From the NCBI GenBank assembly GCA_965199955.1, contig CBDATQ010000002.1, positions 1,152,001 through 1,216,000 on the forward strand: a stretch of 64,000 nt of DNA, read 5' to 3'. Below, in pieces: positions 49,361 through 59,552 of the stretch. Under the pieces are notes generated by a model, which made no database searches, had not been told where the DNA came from, and saw nothing but the letters and a program-made list of their open reading frames with translations. Position numbers and translations under genes: made by a program. Every line of letters begins with the position of its first letter. Position 1 is the stretch's first letter. The stretch is from Spirochaetia bacterium (lineage in GTDB: Bacteria; Spirochaetota; Spirochaetia; SZUA-6; Bin103).

Positions 49361-50767
49361 ATGTCGCTGCCGCGGGTCGTCGTGGTGGGGGGCGGGATCA
49401 CCGGTCTGGCCGCCGCCTGGTACCTGCGGCGGATCGCGCAGGAAGGACCGCGCGGCTTCGAGGTGGTGGTGCTGGAAGCCGAGCCGGAGGCCGGCGGCAA
49501 ACTGCGCACCGAGCGCTGTCACGGCTTGCTCGTCGAGGCGGGGCCCGACTCGTTCCTGGCCGGCAAACCCGCGGCCGTCGATCTCTGCCGCGAGCTGGGC
49601 CTTGCCGAGGCCCTGATCCCGCAGCAGGAGCCGCGCGGCGCCTACGTCTCACGCCGCGGCCGGCTGGTGCCGATCCCGCCTGGCATGCGGCTGGTCCATC
49701 CCACGCGGCCATGGCCGTTCCTGCGCTCTCCGCTTCTGTCGCTGCCCGGGCGCATCCGCGCACTGGCACACCCGCTGGTGCGGGCGAGTCGCAGCGGCGA
49801 CGAGAGCGTCGGCGCGTTCGTGCAGCGGCGCTACGGAGCGGAGCTGCTGACGGTCCTCGGAGAGCCGCTGCTGGCCGGCATTCACCTCGCCGACCCGTGG
49901 CGCCTCAGCCTGCAGGCTACCTTCCCGGCCCTGCGTGCTCCGGTGCGCCGAGCGCGGCCGGGCGCGACAGCGCCTGAAGGGCCCGCGCAGCTACGGGGCA
50001 GTCCGTTCGCCAGCCTCGAAGGTGGAGTGCAACAACTCGTCGATGCGTTGTGCACGCACCTCGGCGGTTGCGTGCGGGTGGGCGCCCCGGTCACCCGCGT
50101 CGTTCCTGCGGCAGGCGGCTACCGGGTGCACCTGCGGAGCGCCGTCGATGCACCCCTCGCCGCCGCGGCCGTGGTCGTGACCACGCCGGCCGCCGGCGCC
50201 GCGAGGCTCGCGAGAACGGCGAATCCACGGCTCGCGGCTCTGTTGGCCCGGGCCGAGGCTGCGTCCTCGGTCATCGTCACCCTGGGCTACCGCGACCCGC
50301 GGGTGGCGCTTCCGCTGGCCGGGTCGGGCTTCCTCGTTCCGCGCGACGAGAACAGCAGGCTTCTGGCCTGCACCTGGAGCTCTGCCAAGTGGGCGGGACG
50401 CGCGCCGGCCGGCGGCGTCCTGCTGCGCGGTTTCCTGGGCGGCTGGCGCCATCCGGAGGCGCTGGCCCTCGGCGACGGGGAGCTGATCGCGTTGCTGCAG
50501 GACGAGCTCTCCGTCGCCCTGGGTGGCTCGTTCTCGCGCGCCGTACAGCCGGCGGTGAGCCGGGTGCACCGCTGGCCGGCCGGCACGCCGCTCTACCGCG
50601 TCGGTCACGCGGACTGGCTGGCCGGGGTCCGCGCCGCGTGCGCCGCAAGCCACGGGCTCTGGCTGGCCGGCGCCCCCTACGACGGCGTGGGCATCCCGGA
50701 TTGCATCCGCCAGGCACGTGAAACCGCGGCAGCCGTCGCCGCGTACCTGCTCGGCGGGCGCACGTAA
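49361..50767 (+). CDS. hemY: Copro-/protoporphyrinogen oxidase (HemY/CgoX)
   Basis: GGGITGL, EAGPDSF, EPLLAGI, GSGFLVP, SSAKW, GVGIPDCI. Confidence 0.93.
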   Translation: MSLPRVVVVGGGITGLAAAWYLRRIAQEGPRGFEVVVLEAEPEAGGKLRTERCHGLLVEAGPDSFLAGKPAAVDLCRELGLAEALIPQQEPRGAYVSRRGRLVPIPPGMRLVHPTRPWPFLRSPLLSLPGRIRALAHPLVRASRSGDESVGAFVQRRYGAELLTVLGEPLLAGIHLADPWRLSLQATFPALRAPVRRARPGATAPEGPAQLRGSPFASLEGGVQQLVDALCTHLGGCVRVGAPVTRVVPAAGGYRVHLRSAVDAPLAAAAVVVTTPAAGAARLARTANPRLAALLARAEAASSVIVTLGYRDPRVALPLAGSGFLVPRDENSRLLACTWSSAKWAGRAPAGGVLLRGFLGGWRHPEALALGDGELIALLQDELSVALGGSFSRAVQPAVSRVHRWPAGTPLYRVGHADWLAGVRAACAASHGLWLAGAPYDGVGIPDCIRQARETAAAVAAYLLGGRT

Positions 50768-50844
50768 CGCCCTGCGTGGCGCGTGCGCAGGTGGCGGCGG
50801 CCCCATCGCTTGTCGAAGGTCTCCTTCCACCGCGCGGGAAGCCG

Positions 50845-51717
50845 TCACGGCCGGGCTGTCGCGTCCTCGGGCCGGATGGGTTCATCGCAGACCTCGAGCT
50901 CGACTCCGTATGGCGCCAAGCGCTTGGCCATGACCCGGATCGCCTCGGGGCTGTTGTCGATCAGGAGGAAATCGCGGCCGAGGCGCGCGGCAGCCTCGCC
51001 CAGAGTTCCGCTGCCGGCGAAGAAGTCGATCACCAGGTCGCCGGGAAGCGTGTGGACGCGGACGATGCGCTCGATGATGCCAAGAGGTTTCTGCGTCGCG
51101 TAGCCGGTTTTCTCCTTGCCATTCGGACTGACGATCGTATGCCACCAGACGTCGGTGGGAGTCTTGCCGCGAGCGGCTTTCTCGGGACCCACCAGGCTGG
51201 GGGCCATGTAGGGAATCCTGTCGATTTCTTCGTACTGGAAGACGTAGCTCTGCGGGTCCTTGGCATACCAGAGGAGGTTGTCGTGCTTGGCCGGCCATCT
51301 CGACTTGGAGCGCGCGCCATAGTCGTATGCCCAGATGATCTCGTTGATGAACGACTGCCGACCGAACAGATCGTCCAGCAGTACCTTGCAGTAATGGACC
51401 TCCCGGTAATCCACATGCAGGAAGAACGATCCATTCGGCTTGAGCACGCGCCACGCTTCCCGAAATCGAGGCTCCAGGAAGCCCAGGTAGTCGTCGAACG
51501 TGTCGGAATAGCCGCTGGAGCCAAGCTTGATCGTCCGATACCGCTTGCCCTGGAAGCCGGTGCGGTCGCCGGCCACCTCGTCGCGACTCGTTCGCAGGGT
51601 CTTCCTCGACTGAGTCCGCCCCGTGTTGAACGGAGGGTCGATGTAGATGAGCGCGGCCGACTCGTCCGGAATCGCCGCGAGGGCCTGGAGATTGTCGGCG
51701 TGGATGACTCTGCGCAT
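50845..51717 (-). CDS. Orphan site-specific DNA methyltransferase (N4/N6, beta class)
   Basis: IYIDPPF precedes DFFAGSGT; TQKPLG; no endonuclease adjacent. Confidence 0.92.
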   Translation of the reverse strand: MRRVIHADNLQALAAIPDESAALIYIDPPFNTGRTQSRKTLRTSRDEVAGDRTGFQGKRYRTIKLGSSGYSDTFDDYLGFLEPRFREAWRVLKPNGSFFLHVDYREVHYCKVLLDDLFGRQSFINEIIWAYDYGARSKSRWPAKHDNLLWYAKDPQSYVFQYEEIDRIPYMAPSLVGPEKAARGKTPTDVWWHTIVSPNGKEKTGYATQKPLGIIERIVRVHTLPGDLVIDFFAGSGTLGEAAARLGRDFLLIDNSPEAIRVMAKRLAPYGVELEVCDEPIRPEDATARP

Positions 51718-51728
51718 CGGCGCAGCGT

Positions 51729-52805
51729 CTACGGCAGCAGTGAGACGAACACGCGGTCGCCGGCGTTGAAGCGGGTTGCCGCGGCGGCATGGGCGGTGAC
51801 CTCCAGCGGCCCGCGCTCGCCGTTCAGCGCGATCGTGAGCTCCCGCACCTCGCCCAGGAAGCGCGCGGTGACCACCGTTCCGTGGCGGCTCGTGCCGTTT
51901 GCCGCCTTGGCCGACACGCACACCTGGCCGGGGCGGATCGATACCACCCGCTGCCCGCCGGCGTCGATGGGCTGCGCCGTGCCGACCGGCCCCAGGTCGG
52001 AGACCCAGCCGGTGCCGTTGCGGCGGACCCGGACCAGGTTGGTCTTGCCGAGCAGCGACGCGACGAAGCCGTTGGCCGGCGACCAGTAGAGCTCCTCCGG
52101 CGTGCCGGTCTGCTGCGGCTTGCCGCCGCGCAGCACCGCCACCCGGTCGGCGATGTTGAACGCCTCGTCGCGGTCGTGGGTCACGAAGATGGCCGTGGTG
52201 GTCCGCAGGGCAAGAATCGCGCGCAGCTCTTCGATGAGCTGCGCGCGCAGCGGCCCGTCCAGGTTGTTGAGCGGTTCGTCCAGCAGCAGCACGCGCGGCC
52301 GCGGGGCCAGCGCGCGGGCGATGGCGGCGCGTTGCGCCTGGCCGCCGGAGACCTGGTGCGGGAACCGGTGCTGGGCGTCGCCGACGCGGACCAGGTCCAT
52401 CACCTCGTCGATCCGCCGCGCCCGTGCCCGTTCCGGCAACCGGTGCAGGCCGAACCCGATGTTCTGCCGCAGCGTCAGGTGGGGCAGCAGCGCCGTGTCC
52501 TGGAAGACGACGCCGACGCTGCGCTCCTCCGGCGGCAGTGAGTGCCTGCCGTCGGCCGCCCGGGTCTCGCCGATGTCGATCGTCCCGGAGTCGGGCTCCT
52601 CGAAGCCGGCCACCAGGCGCAGCAGCGTGGTCTTGCCGCTGCCGCTCTCGCCCAGGACGGCGGTCGTGCCGCCTTCCTCCACGGTGAGGGAGACCCGGTC
52701 CAGAGCCGGCGCCGGGCTGCCCTTGAAGCGCTTGCTGACGGAGTCGAGTGTCAGGTCGCCGCCGGAGCGCGGCGGAGGGTTACGCCTGCGCCGGAGCCGG
52801 AGCAT
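51729..52805 (-). CDS. Fe3+ ABC transporter ATP-binding protein (FbpC-like)
   Basis: GESGSGKTT, VSGGQAQR, LLDEP, VTHD, TOBE-like tail. Confidence 0.9.
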   Translation of the reverse strand: MLRLRRRRNPPPRSGGDLTLDSVSKRFKGSPAPALDRVSLTVEEGGTTAVLGESGSGKTTLLRLVAGFEEPDSGTIDIGETRAADGRHSLPPEERSVGVVFQDTALLPHLTLRQNIGFGLHRLPERARARRIDEVMDLVRVGDAQHRFPHQVSGGQAQRAAIARALAPRPRVLLLDEPLNNLDGPLRAQLIEELRAILALRTTTAIFVTHDRDEAFNIADRVAVLRGGKPQQTGTPEELYWSPANGFVASLLGKTNLVRVRRNGTGWVSDLGPVGTAQPIDAGGQRVVSIRPGQVCVSAKAANGTSRHGTVVTARFLGEVRELTIALNGERGPLEVTAHAAAATRFNAGDRVFVSLLP

Positions 52806-54540
52806 GGACGGGCGTCGAGCGCGACCGCCGAGGCGCGCGGCCGGTCGCAAGCAGGCGGTTGAGGATCAGGACCGGGCCGAGCCCGACGGCGATGATCACC
52901 AGCGCGTACGGGGAGGCTTCGATGATCTGTTCGTTGCCGGCCAGCCGAAACACGTTGGTGGCCAGCGTCTCCAGGCGGAACGGCCGCAGGATCAGCGTCA
53001 GCGGCAACTCCTTCAGCATCTCGACGACCATCAGGATCGACGCCGTCATCAGGGCGGGACGCAGGTTCGGCAACGCGACGTGCAGCAGGCCGCGTCCCGG
53101 CCGAAACCCCAGGGCGCGCCCCACTTCGTCGAAGCGCGCCGGAATGCGGGCGAAGCCCGAGTCGATCGCGTGGTACCCGAGGGCGAAGAAGCGCACCACG
53201 TAGGCGGCGACGAGCGCCAGCCCGGAGCCGGTCAGCAGCAGTCCCGGCGAGAAGCCGAGCATGGCACTCACGGCGTCGTTCAGCCGATGGTCGACCCAGG
53301 TGTAGGCGGTGGCGATGCCGACCGCCAGCACGGCCGCCGGCACCGCGTAGCCGGCCGTGGACCAGCGGGCCAGCGCCCCGACCAGCCGGTCCTTGCGGAT
53401 CCGCGCCGCGTACGCGACCAGCAGGGCGAGCGCCACGGTGGCGGCGGTCGCCGCCACCGCCAGGCCGATGCTGGTGCCGGTCAAGCGGACCAGATCCACG
53501 TCGAAGCCCGGCAGGCGGCCGGAGGCCCACCACAGGAGTTGCCCGACCGGCAGCCCGAATCCGGTGATCACCGGCAGGGAGCAGGCGGCCATGGCGCCCA
53601 GCGCCCGCGTGCCCAGCAGCCGCCGCCGGACCAGGGGGCGATCGTGCAGCGTCGCATCGCCGAACCGCGCCGAGCCCCGGCCGCGGTGCTCCAGCGCCTG
53701 GAGCACCGCGACGATGACGAGCATCAGCGCTCCCAGCGCCAGGGCGACCTTCACGCTGCCGAGGCCGAACCAGCCGCGGAAGATGCCGATCGTGAGCGTA
53801 TCGACGCCGAGATAGTGCGAGGCACCGAACTCGCCGAGCGTCTCCATCACCACCAGCATCACGCTGGCGACCAGCGCCGGCCGGGTTGCCGGCAGCACCG
53901 CGCGTGTAAACGCCTCGACGCCGGAGCTGCCGAGGCTGCGGGTCACCTCCAGCAGGGTCGCTCCCTGCTGGGCGAAGGCCGCGCGCGCGGTGAGATAGAC
54001 GTAGGGATAGAGCAGCGTGGCCAGCACGAACGCCAGCCCGCCGAAGCCCCGCACCCGCAGGATGGGGTAGGCGCCGGCCGGGATGTCCAGCACCTCCCGG
54101 AACAGGAGCTGGGCGGGTCCCGTGTAGTCGAAGATGCCGGCGTACGCCAGGGCTCCGATGTAGGTCGGGAGGGCCAGCGGCAGCACCAGCAGCCAGCCGA
54201 GCGCGCGGCGGCCGGGGAAGTCGTACACGGTTACCAGCCACGCGGCGGCCACGCCGACGATCGCGCACAGCCCGGCGACCAGGGCGACCAGGGCGATGGT
54301 GGTGCCGATGTAGCGGGGGAGGACGGTCCGGATCAGGTGGCCCATCTCCGCGGACAGGAACCCGTCCAGGTTCGCGATCACGACCAGGAGCGGCGCGCCG
54401 ATCAGGATGGCAACCGCGACCGGCGCCGCCAGCCAGCCGCGGGACACCGGGACTCGCGACCGGGAACCGCTCCGCGTCCGCTGCGTGGCGACACCGGTAC
54501 GGATGGTCCTCGGCAGCCGCGCCGTCAGCAGGTCAGCCAT
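52780..54540 (-). CDS. Fe3+ ABC transporter permease (FbpB-like)
   Basis: YDFPGR, PLALPTY, YPYVYL, KELPLTLILRPF. Confidence 0.9.
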   Translation of the reverse strand: MADLLTARLPRTIRTGVATQRTRSGSRSRVPVSRGWLAAPVAVAILIGAPLLVVIANLDGFLSAEMGHLIRTVLPRYIGTTIALVALVAGLCAIVGVAAAWLVTVYDFPGRRALGWLLVLPLALPTYIGALAYAGIFDYTGPAQLLFREVLDIPAGAYPILRVRGFGGLAFVLATLLYPYVYLTARAAFAQQGATLLEVTRSLGSSGVEAFTRAVLPATRPALVASVMLVVMETLGEFGASHYLGVDTLTIGIFRGWFGLGSVKVALALGALMLVIVAVLQALEHRGRGSARFGDATLHDRPLVRRRLLGTRALGAMAACSLPVITGFGLPVGQLLWWASGRLPGFDVDLVRLTGTSIGLAVAATAATVALALLVAYAARIRKDRLVGALARWSTAGYAVPAAVLAVGIATAYTWVDHRLNDAVSAMLGFSPGLLLTGSGLALVAAYVVRFFALGYHAIDSGFARIPARFDEVGRALGFRPGRGLLHVALPNLRPALMTASILMVVEMLKELPLTLILRPFRLETLATNVFRLAGNEQIIEASPYALVIIAVGLGPVLILNRLLATGRAPRRSRSTPVHAPAPAQA

Positions 54541-54730
54541 TCCGTGTCTCAACCGGTACCATATAAATCAAGCTGCGTTAAGTCCATATAGACGGATTGA
54601 GCGAAGAGCGCAAGGGCGTGGGACGGATGAGGGACCGCGCGGGCCGGCGCAGCGGTGCCGCCGCGTCGGGACCGCGCGGGTGGGGCCCATGCGGCCGGCG
54701 CTCAACAGGCACCGGCCGCATGGCCGGCCG

Positions 54731-55753
54731 CTATCGCCAGCCGGCGTGGTCGAACACGCGCACCGCGTCGGCGTTGAGCTCGCCCAGCCGGTGCAGCGGC
54801 AGGTCGTCGGCCGTGAAATCGCCCCACGACTGGAGCAGCGGCGACGGGCTGACCGCCGGGTTGACCGGGTACTCGTGGTTGGCAGCGGAGAACAGCTCCT
54901 GCGCCTCGGCCCCGGTCAAGAACTCCAGCAGCTTGACGGCGTTGTCGAGGTTCCCGGCGCTCTTGGTGACCCCCGCGCCGCTGACGTTGACGTGGGCGCC
55001 GCGATCATCCTGGTTCGGAAAGAAGACCCGCACCTGCGCGCCGACCTCGCGCTCGTACTCGTCCCCGGAGTTGATCAGCAGACCGACGTAGTAGGTGTTG
55101 ACGACCGCCAGGTCGCCCTCGCCAGCGGCGACCGCCTTCATCTGGTCGCGGTCGTTGCCCTGCGGGGTGCGCGCCATGTTGGCGACCATGCCGGCGGCCC
55201 ACGCGGCGGCCTCGGCCTCGCCTTCATTGGCGATGATCGAAGCCAGCAGCGACTGGTTGTAGATGTTCGACGACGACCGGATCAGGATGCGCCCCGCCCA
55301 CATGGGGTGGGTGAGGTCGGCGTACGTGGACAGCTCGTCCGGCGACACGCGGTCCGGGTGGTAGACGATCACGCGGGCGCGCTGCGTGAGGCCGAACCAG
55401 TGGCCCTCGGGGTCGCGCAGGTGGGGCGGCACGTTCGCGTCCAGCAGCGCCGACGTCACGGGCTGCAGCAGGCCCATCGACTGGGCGCGCACCAGGCGGC
55501 CAGCGTCGACGGTCATCAGGATGTCCGCCCGCGATGCCGAGCCTTCGCGGGACAGCCGTTCGATGAGCTCGTCAGCCTTGCCCTGAATGACGTTGACCTC
55601 GATCCCGGTCTGCTCCTCGAAGCGGTCGTAGAGCGCCTGATCGGTGTCGTAGTGACGGTGCGAGTAGACGTTGACCTCACCGTCGGCGAGCGCCGTGCCG
55701 CCGGCCGCCAGGACGAAGGCGAGCGACACCAGCAAAAGGAATGTGCGTCTCAT
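54731..55753 (-). CDS. Fe3+ ABC transporter substrate-binding protein (FutA/FbpA-like)
   Basis: VNVYSHRHY, TVDAGRL, SNIYNQSL, NTYY, HVNVSG. Confidence 0.93.
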   Translation of the reverse strand: MRRTFLLLVSLAFVLAAGGTALADGEVNVYSHRHYDTDQALYDRFEEQTGIEVNVIQGKADELIERLSREGSASRADILMTVDAGRLVRAQSMGLLQPVTSALLDANVPPHLRDPEGHWFGLTQRARVIVYHPDRVSPDELSTYADLTHPMWAGRILIRSSSNIYNQSLLASIIANEGEAEAAAWAAGMVANMARTPQGNDRDQMKAVAAGEGDLAVVNTYYVGLLINSGDEYEREVGAQVRVFFPNQDDRGAHVNVSGAGVTKSAGNLDNAVKLLEFLTGAEAQELFSAANHEYPVNPAVSPSPLLQSWGDFTADDLPLHRLGELNADAVRVFDHAGWR

Positions 55754-55789
55754 GCAGAGACCTCCTGTGAAGAATGTGATCGGGGGTAG

Positions 55790-55852
55790 TGAAGTAAGTT
55801 GAATTAGTCTTGTCAAGTGTCATTAAGATATGTGAATATGAATTAATCTAAT
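55790..55852. promoter_or_regulatory. AT-rich divergent promoter region with repeated TGAATTARTCT (candidate iron-regulator site)
   Basis: TGAATTAGTCT at 55800-55810 and TGAATTAATCT at 55839-55849; TTGACA on the minus strand at 55811-55816. Confidence 0.5.
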
Positions 55853-56036
55853 CGAGCCGAGGGAGGGGATCATGGGCGAGATCGACGGGCGGCCGCATGC
55901 CGGGCAATCGGACATGGATCAGGCAGACATGGGCCAGGACGCGGGGCACGCCGTCCCCTGCGGATGCGTGCGGGCGCTGCGGGCGGGGCCGGAAGCGGCT
56001 CTGCCGTGCGCGTGCGTCCGGGGCAATCGGGACCGG

Positions 56037-56108
56037 CACTCTTCGAGTGCGATTCGCTCCGCTCATTCTTCGAGTGCGGTTCGCTCCGATCACTCTTCGC
56101 GCGCGACT
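56037..56108. repeat. 27-bp tandem repeat, about 2.5 units
   Basis: CAYTCTTCGAGTGCGRTTCGCTCCGMT units starting at 56037, 56064 and 56091 (the last degenerate). Confidence 0.85.
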
Positions 56109-56154
56109 GGCGCGGGCGTTCCCATGAGCGATAATGGATTGGGGGGCGAACGAG

Positions 56155-56958
56155 GTGAGTCGAGCTGACGGACACGGGGGCGGTGGCGGCGGGCCGCCGA
56201 TCGCCGGCAATCCCGCGTCATTCCCGTCCGACGCGGAGCTGGCGCGCACGCTGGCCATAACCCGCGATCGCGCGACCGTATGCACGCTGACCGCGGACGG
56301 CTACCCCTACGGGAGCGCCGTCTCCTACGTTGCGGACGATGCCGGTGCGCCCGTCGTGCTGATCTCGGAGATGGCCCAGCACACGGTCAACGCACGCGGC
56401 GACGATCGCGCCAGCGTGCTCATCACGGCCGCGACTCAGGAGCACGCGGATCCGCTCAGCACCGCACGCCTGACGCTGGTCGGCCGGCTGCGACCGCTGG
56501 AGCACCCGGGGAAGCGGCGGGACGCCTACCTGGAGCGCCATCCCTACGCGTCCTACTACGCGGATTTCAGCGACTTCGGTTTCTGGCTCCTCGACGTCGA
56601 GCGTTGCCGCTTCGTGGGCGGCTTCGGTCACATGAGCTGGGTCACGGCCGACGACTACCGGAGCGCCACGGTCGATCCGCTGGCGGAGGCGGCGGACGGG
56701 ATCGTCGCTCACATGAACGAGGACCACGCCGACGCCAACCTGCTCTACGTGCAGGCGCTGGCCGGGCTTGCGGATGCCACGGAAGCGTCGCTTACCCGCA
56801 TCGACCGCTACGGGATGACGCTGCGCGCGCGGACGCCGGCAGGGCCCCGCCTGGCGCGCGTCGCCTTTCCCGAGGCGCTCCGCCGGGCCGATCAGGCGCG
56901 CCCGGCGGTGATCGAGCGGCTGGACGCGGCCCGGCAGGCCGCCAGCCGGCCGCGCTGA
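56155..56958 (+). CDS. HugZ-family heme utilization protein (PNPOx-like plus DUF2470)
   Basis: GYPYGS, ISEMAQHT.N, RLTLVG, RFVGGFG, HMNEDH, IDRYG. Confidence 0.85.
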   Translation: MSRADGHGGGGGGPPIAGNPASFPSDAELARTLAITRDRATVCTLTADGYPYGSAVSYVADDAGAPVVLISEMAQHTVNARGDDRASVLITAATQEHADPLSTARLTLVGRLRPLEHPGKRRDAYLERHPYASYYADFSDFGFWLLDVERCRFVGGFGHMSWVTADDYRSATVDPLAEAADGIVAHMNEDHADANLLYVQALAGLADATEASLTRIDRYGMTLRARTPAGPRLARVAFPEALRRADQARPAVIERLDAARQAASRPR

Positions 56959-56965
56959 ACCGGCT

Positions 56966-57359
56966 TCACGGGCCGGAGGCTGCAAACCGGTAGGCGAACA
57001 GGGTCGCGCAGGTGATCCGGAAGTTCAGCCGCACGCGGCGTCCTGCCAGGGCGCCGAGGTCGCGTCCGCCCCAGGTCACCGGCACGTCCACGCCCGAGCC
57101 GCTCCCAGCGCAGCCCGTCGTCGGACTCGGCGTAGCACAGGCCGGCCGACGGCACATCCGCAAGGTAGGCGCCCATGTACCACATGCGGTACCTTCCGCC
57201 GACGCGGTAGATCGACCCCCAGACCGACACCGAGTTGCTCTCCCAGGGCCGCTCGGGGCGCAGCACTGTCCGGGGTGACTCGCTGCGGCCGCTCGATCAG
57301 GCGCGTCGGCCCGGCACCTCGGCATCGTCCACGAGCAGATGCAGGTGCGGGTCGTGCAT
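56966..57359 (-). pseudogene. Collapsed glycosidase-like beta-propeller gene (ends retained, middle lost)
   Basis: HLLVDD...VLRPERPWE...YRMWY...CYAESDDGLRWER then directly VTWGGRDLGALAGRRVRLNF...LFAYRF. Confidence 0.65.
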
Positions 57360-57466
57360 GTACGGACGAGCCTATAGAGGGCGGCAGGGTCAGGGAAGCC
57401 GCCTGTGCAGCCCCTTGGCCGTCCGGCGCATTTCGCGGTAGACCTATCGGAAAGGAGGACGAACCT

Positions 57467-57634
57467 ATGGCCGCTGCCTGCCCCGTGTGTGAAGCCGACG
57501 TGCCGCTGGAGGACGACGTCGTCATGGGAGAGTTGATCGAGTGCCCGGAGTGCGGATCGGAGCTGGAAGTGGTCTCCCTCGATCCGCTGGAGCTGGACGA
57601 GGCGCCCGAGGAAGAGGAGGACTGGGGCGAGTGA
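57467..57634 (+). CDS. lysW: Amino-group carrier protein LysW
   Basis: CPVC/CPEC zinc ribbon, acidic, C-terminal EDWGE; AAGGAGG RBS. Confidence 0.97.
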   Translation: MAAACPVCEADVPLEDDVVMGELIECPECGSELEVVSLDPLELDEAPEEEEDWGE

Positions 57635-58509
57635 GCGAAGCGAACCACACTCGAGGAGTGACAGTTGGTGTCCTGCACTCCCTGGTGCGCAAGGAGGAGA
57701 AGCTCCTGCTCGCCGCGTTCCGCGACCGCGGCGTGGAGGTGACGCTGATCGACGACCGCAAGCTGGTGTTCGACCTGCAGCGCCGGCCGGAGGTCGACGT
57801 GGTCCTGGAGCGCTGCATCAACCACTCGCGCGCGCTGCACGCCCTGCGCCTGCTGGAGAGCCTCGGCATCCGCTGCGTGAACAGCTACCAGGTCGCCGAA
57901 GTGTGTGGCGACAAGATCCTCACCGCCGTCGCGCTGCAGGAGCACGGCGTGCCGCAGCCGGAGGTGCGGGTTGCCTTTACCGACGAGTCCGCGCTGCAGG
58001 CGATCGAGGAGATCGGCTACCCGGTGGTGCTGAAACCGGCGGTCGGCTCCTGGGGGCGCCTGATCGCCAAGGTGAACGACCGCGAGGCGGCCGAATCGAT
58101 CCTGGAGCACAAGCGCATCCTGGGCTCCTATCACCACTCGATCTTCTTCGTGCAGAAATACATCGACAAGCCCGGCCGCGACATCCGCTGCTTCGTGATC
58201 GGCGACCGGTGCATCGCGGCAATCTACCGTTCTTCCGCGCACTGGAAGACCAATACCGCGCTGGGCGGCACCGCCGAGGGTGCGCCGGTCACGGCGGAGC
58301 TGAGCGAGCTGGCCCTGAACGCGGCGCGGGCCGTGGGCGGCGGGATGGTCGGCGTCGACATCCTGGAGAGCGACGACGGCCTGCTCGTGAACGAGGTCAA
58401 CTACACGATGGAGTTCAGCAACAGCATCCACACGACCGGAGTCGACATCCCGGCTCACATCGTCGACTACACCATCAGCCGAGCGCCCCAAAGCCAAGCG
58501 AACCGGTGA
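57631..58509 (+). CDS. lysX: LysW ligase (ATP-grasp, LysX/ArgX)
   Basis: [29 protein letters not shown]. Confidence 0.93.
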   Translation: MSEANHTRGVTVGVLHSLVRKEEKLLLAAFRDRGVEVTLIDDRKLVFDLQRRPEVDVVLERCINHSRALHALRLLESLGIRCVNSYQVAEVCGDKILTAVALQEHGVPQPEVRVAFTDESALQAIEEIGYPVVLKPAVGSWGRLIAKVNDREAAESILEHKRILGSYHHSIFFVQKYIDKPGRDIRCFVIGDRCIAAIYRSSAHWKTNTALGGTAEGAPVTAELSELALNAARAVGGGMVGVDILESDDGLLVNEVNYTMEFSNSIHTTGVDIPAHIVDYTISRAPQSQANR

Positions 58510-59534
58510 TCCGCGCTTCAATCGTCGGCGCCTCCGGCTACACCGGTGGCGAGCTGCTGCGGCTGCTGCTGTTCCACCCCGAGGTGTCGGTGGAGCAGGC
58601 CACCTCCGAGCGGCTTGCGGGAAAATACGTCCGCCACACCCATCCCAACCTGCGCGGCGTCACCGATCTGAAGTTCGTGTCGGCCGGCGAGCTCGCCCCG
58701 TGCGACGTGCTGTTCCTGTGCCTCCCGCACGGGCGGGCGATGGACCGGATCGACCGGTTCCGCGGGCTGTCCGAGCGCATTGTCGATCTCAGCGCGGACT
58801 TCCGCCTGCGCGACCCGCAGGCCTACGTCCGCTGGTACGGCGGTCCGCACCCGCGGCCGGAACTGCTGGCCGACGCGGTGTACGGAATGCCGGAGTTGCA
58901 CCGTGACCGCCTGCCGGGTGCGACGCTGGTGGCCGGCTGCGGCTGCAACGCGACGGCGACCATCCTGGCGCTGCGGCCGCTGGTGGCGGCGGGGGTGGTC
59001 GAGCACGCCGTCGTGGAGGTGAAGGCCGGCTCCAGCGAGGGCGGCAACGAGGCGAGCGCCGCAAGCCACCATCCCGAGCGGTCCGGCAGCGTGCGTTCCT
59101 ACAAGCCGACCGGCCACCGGCACCAGGCCGAGATGCTGCAGGAGCTCGGCGGCCGGCTGCTCCTGAGCTTCTCGGCGACCGCGGTGGAGATGGTGCGCGG
59201 CATCCTGGCCACTGCGCACGTGTTTCTCGCCGAAGACATGGACGAGAAGGCGGTCTGGCGGATCTTCCGCCGCGCTTACGCGGACGAGCCGTTCGTCCGC
59301 ATCGTCAAGGAGCGCCAGGGCATCTACCGGTTTCCGGAGCCCAAAATCCTCGCCGGCAGCAACTACTGCGACGTCGGCTTCGAGCTCGACGCCGGCGCCC
59401 GCCGGCTGGTGGTGATGAGCGCGCTGGACAACCTGATGAAGGGCGCCGCCGGCCAGGCGGTGCAGGCGTTCAACGTCATGCACGGGCTGGACGAGCGCGC
59501 CGGGCTGGAGTTTCCCGGCCTGCACCCCGTCTGA
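58506..59534 (+). CDS. lysY: [LysW]-aminoadipyl/glutamyl-phosphate reductase
   Basis: [37 protein letters not shown]. Confidence 0.92.
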   Translation: MIRASIVGASGYTGGELLRLLLFHPEVSVEQATSERLAGKYVRHTHPNLRGVTDLKFVSAGELAPCDVLFLCLPHGRAMDRIDRFRGLSERIVDLSADFRLRDPQAYVRWYGGPHPRPELLADAVYGMPELHRDRLPGATLVAGCGCNATATILALRPLVAAGVVEHAVVEVKAGSSEGGNEASAASHHPERSGSVRSYKPTGHRHQAEMLQELGGRLLLSFSATAVEMVRGILATAHVFLAEDMDEKAVWRIFRRAYADEPFVRIVKERQGIYRFPEPKILAGSNYCDVGFELDAGARRLVVMSALDNLMKGAAGQAVQAFNVMHGLDERAGLEFPGLHPV

Positions 59535-59552
59535 GCGGCCGAGTGCCCGCCC

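Noticed and set aside
50845..51717. Restriction-modification system
   Set aside because: No endonuclease or specificity gene is adjacent.
56037..56108. CRISPR array
   Set aside because: The units are contiguous with no spacers, and there are no cas genes.
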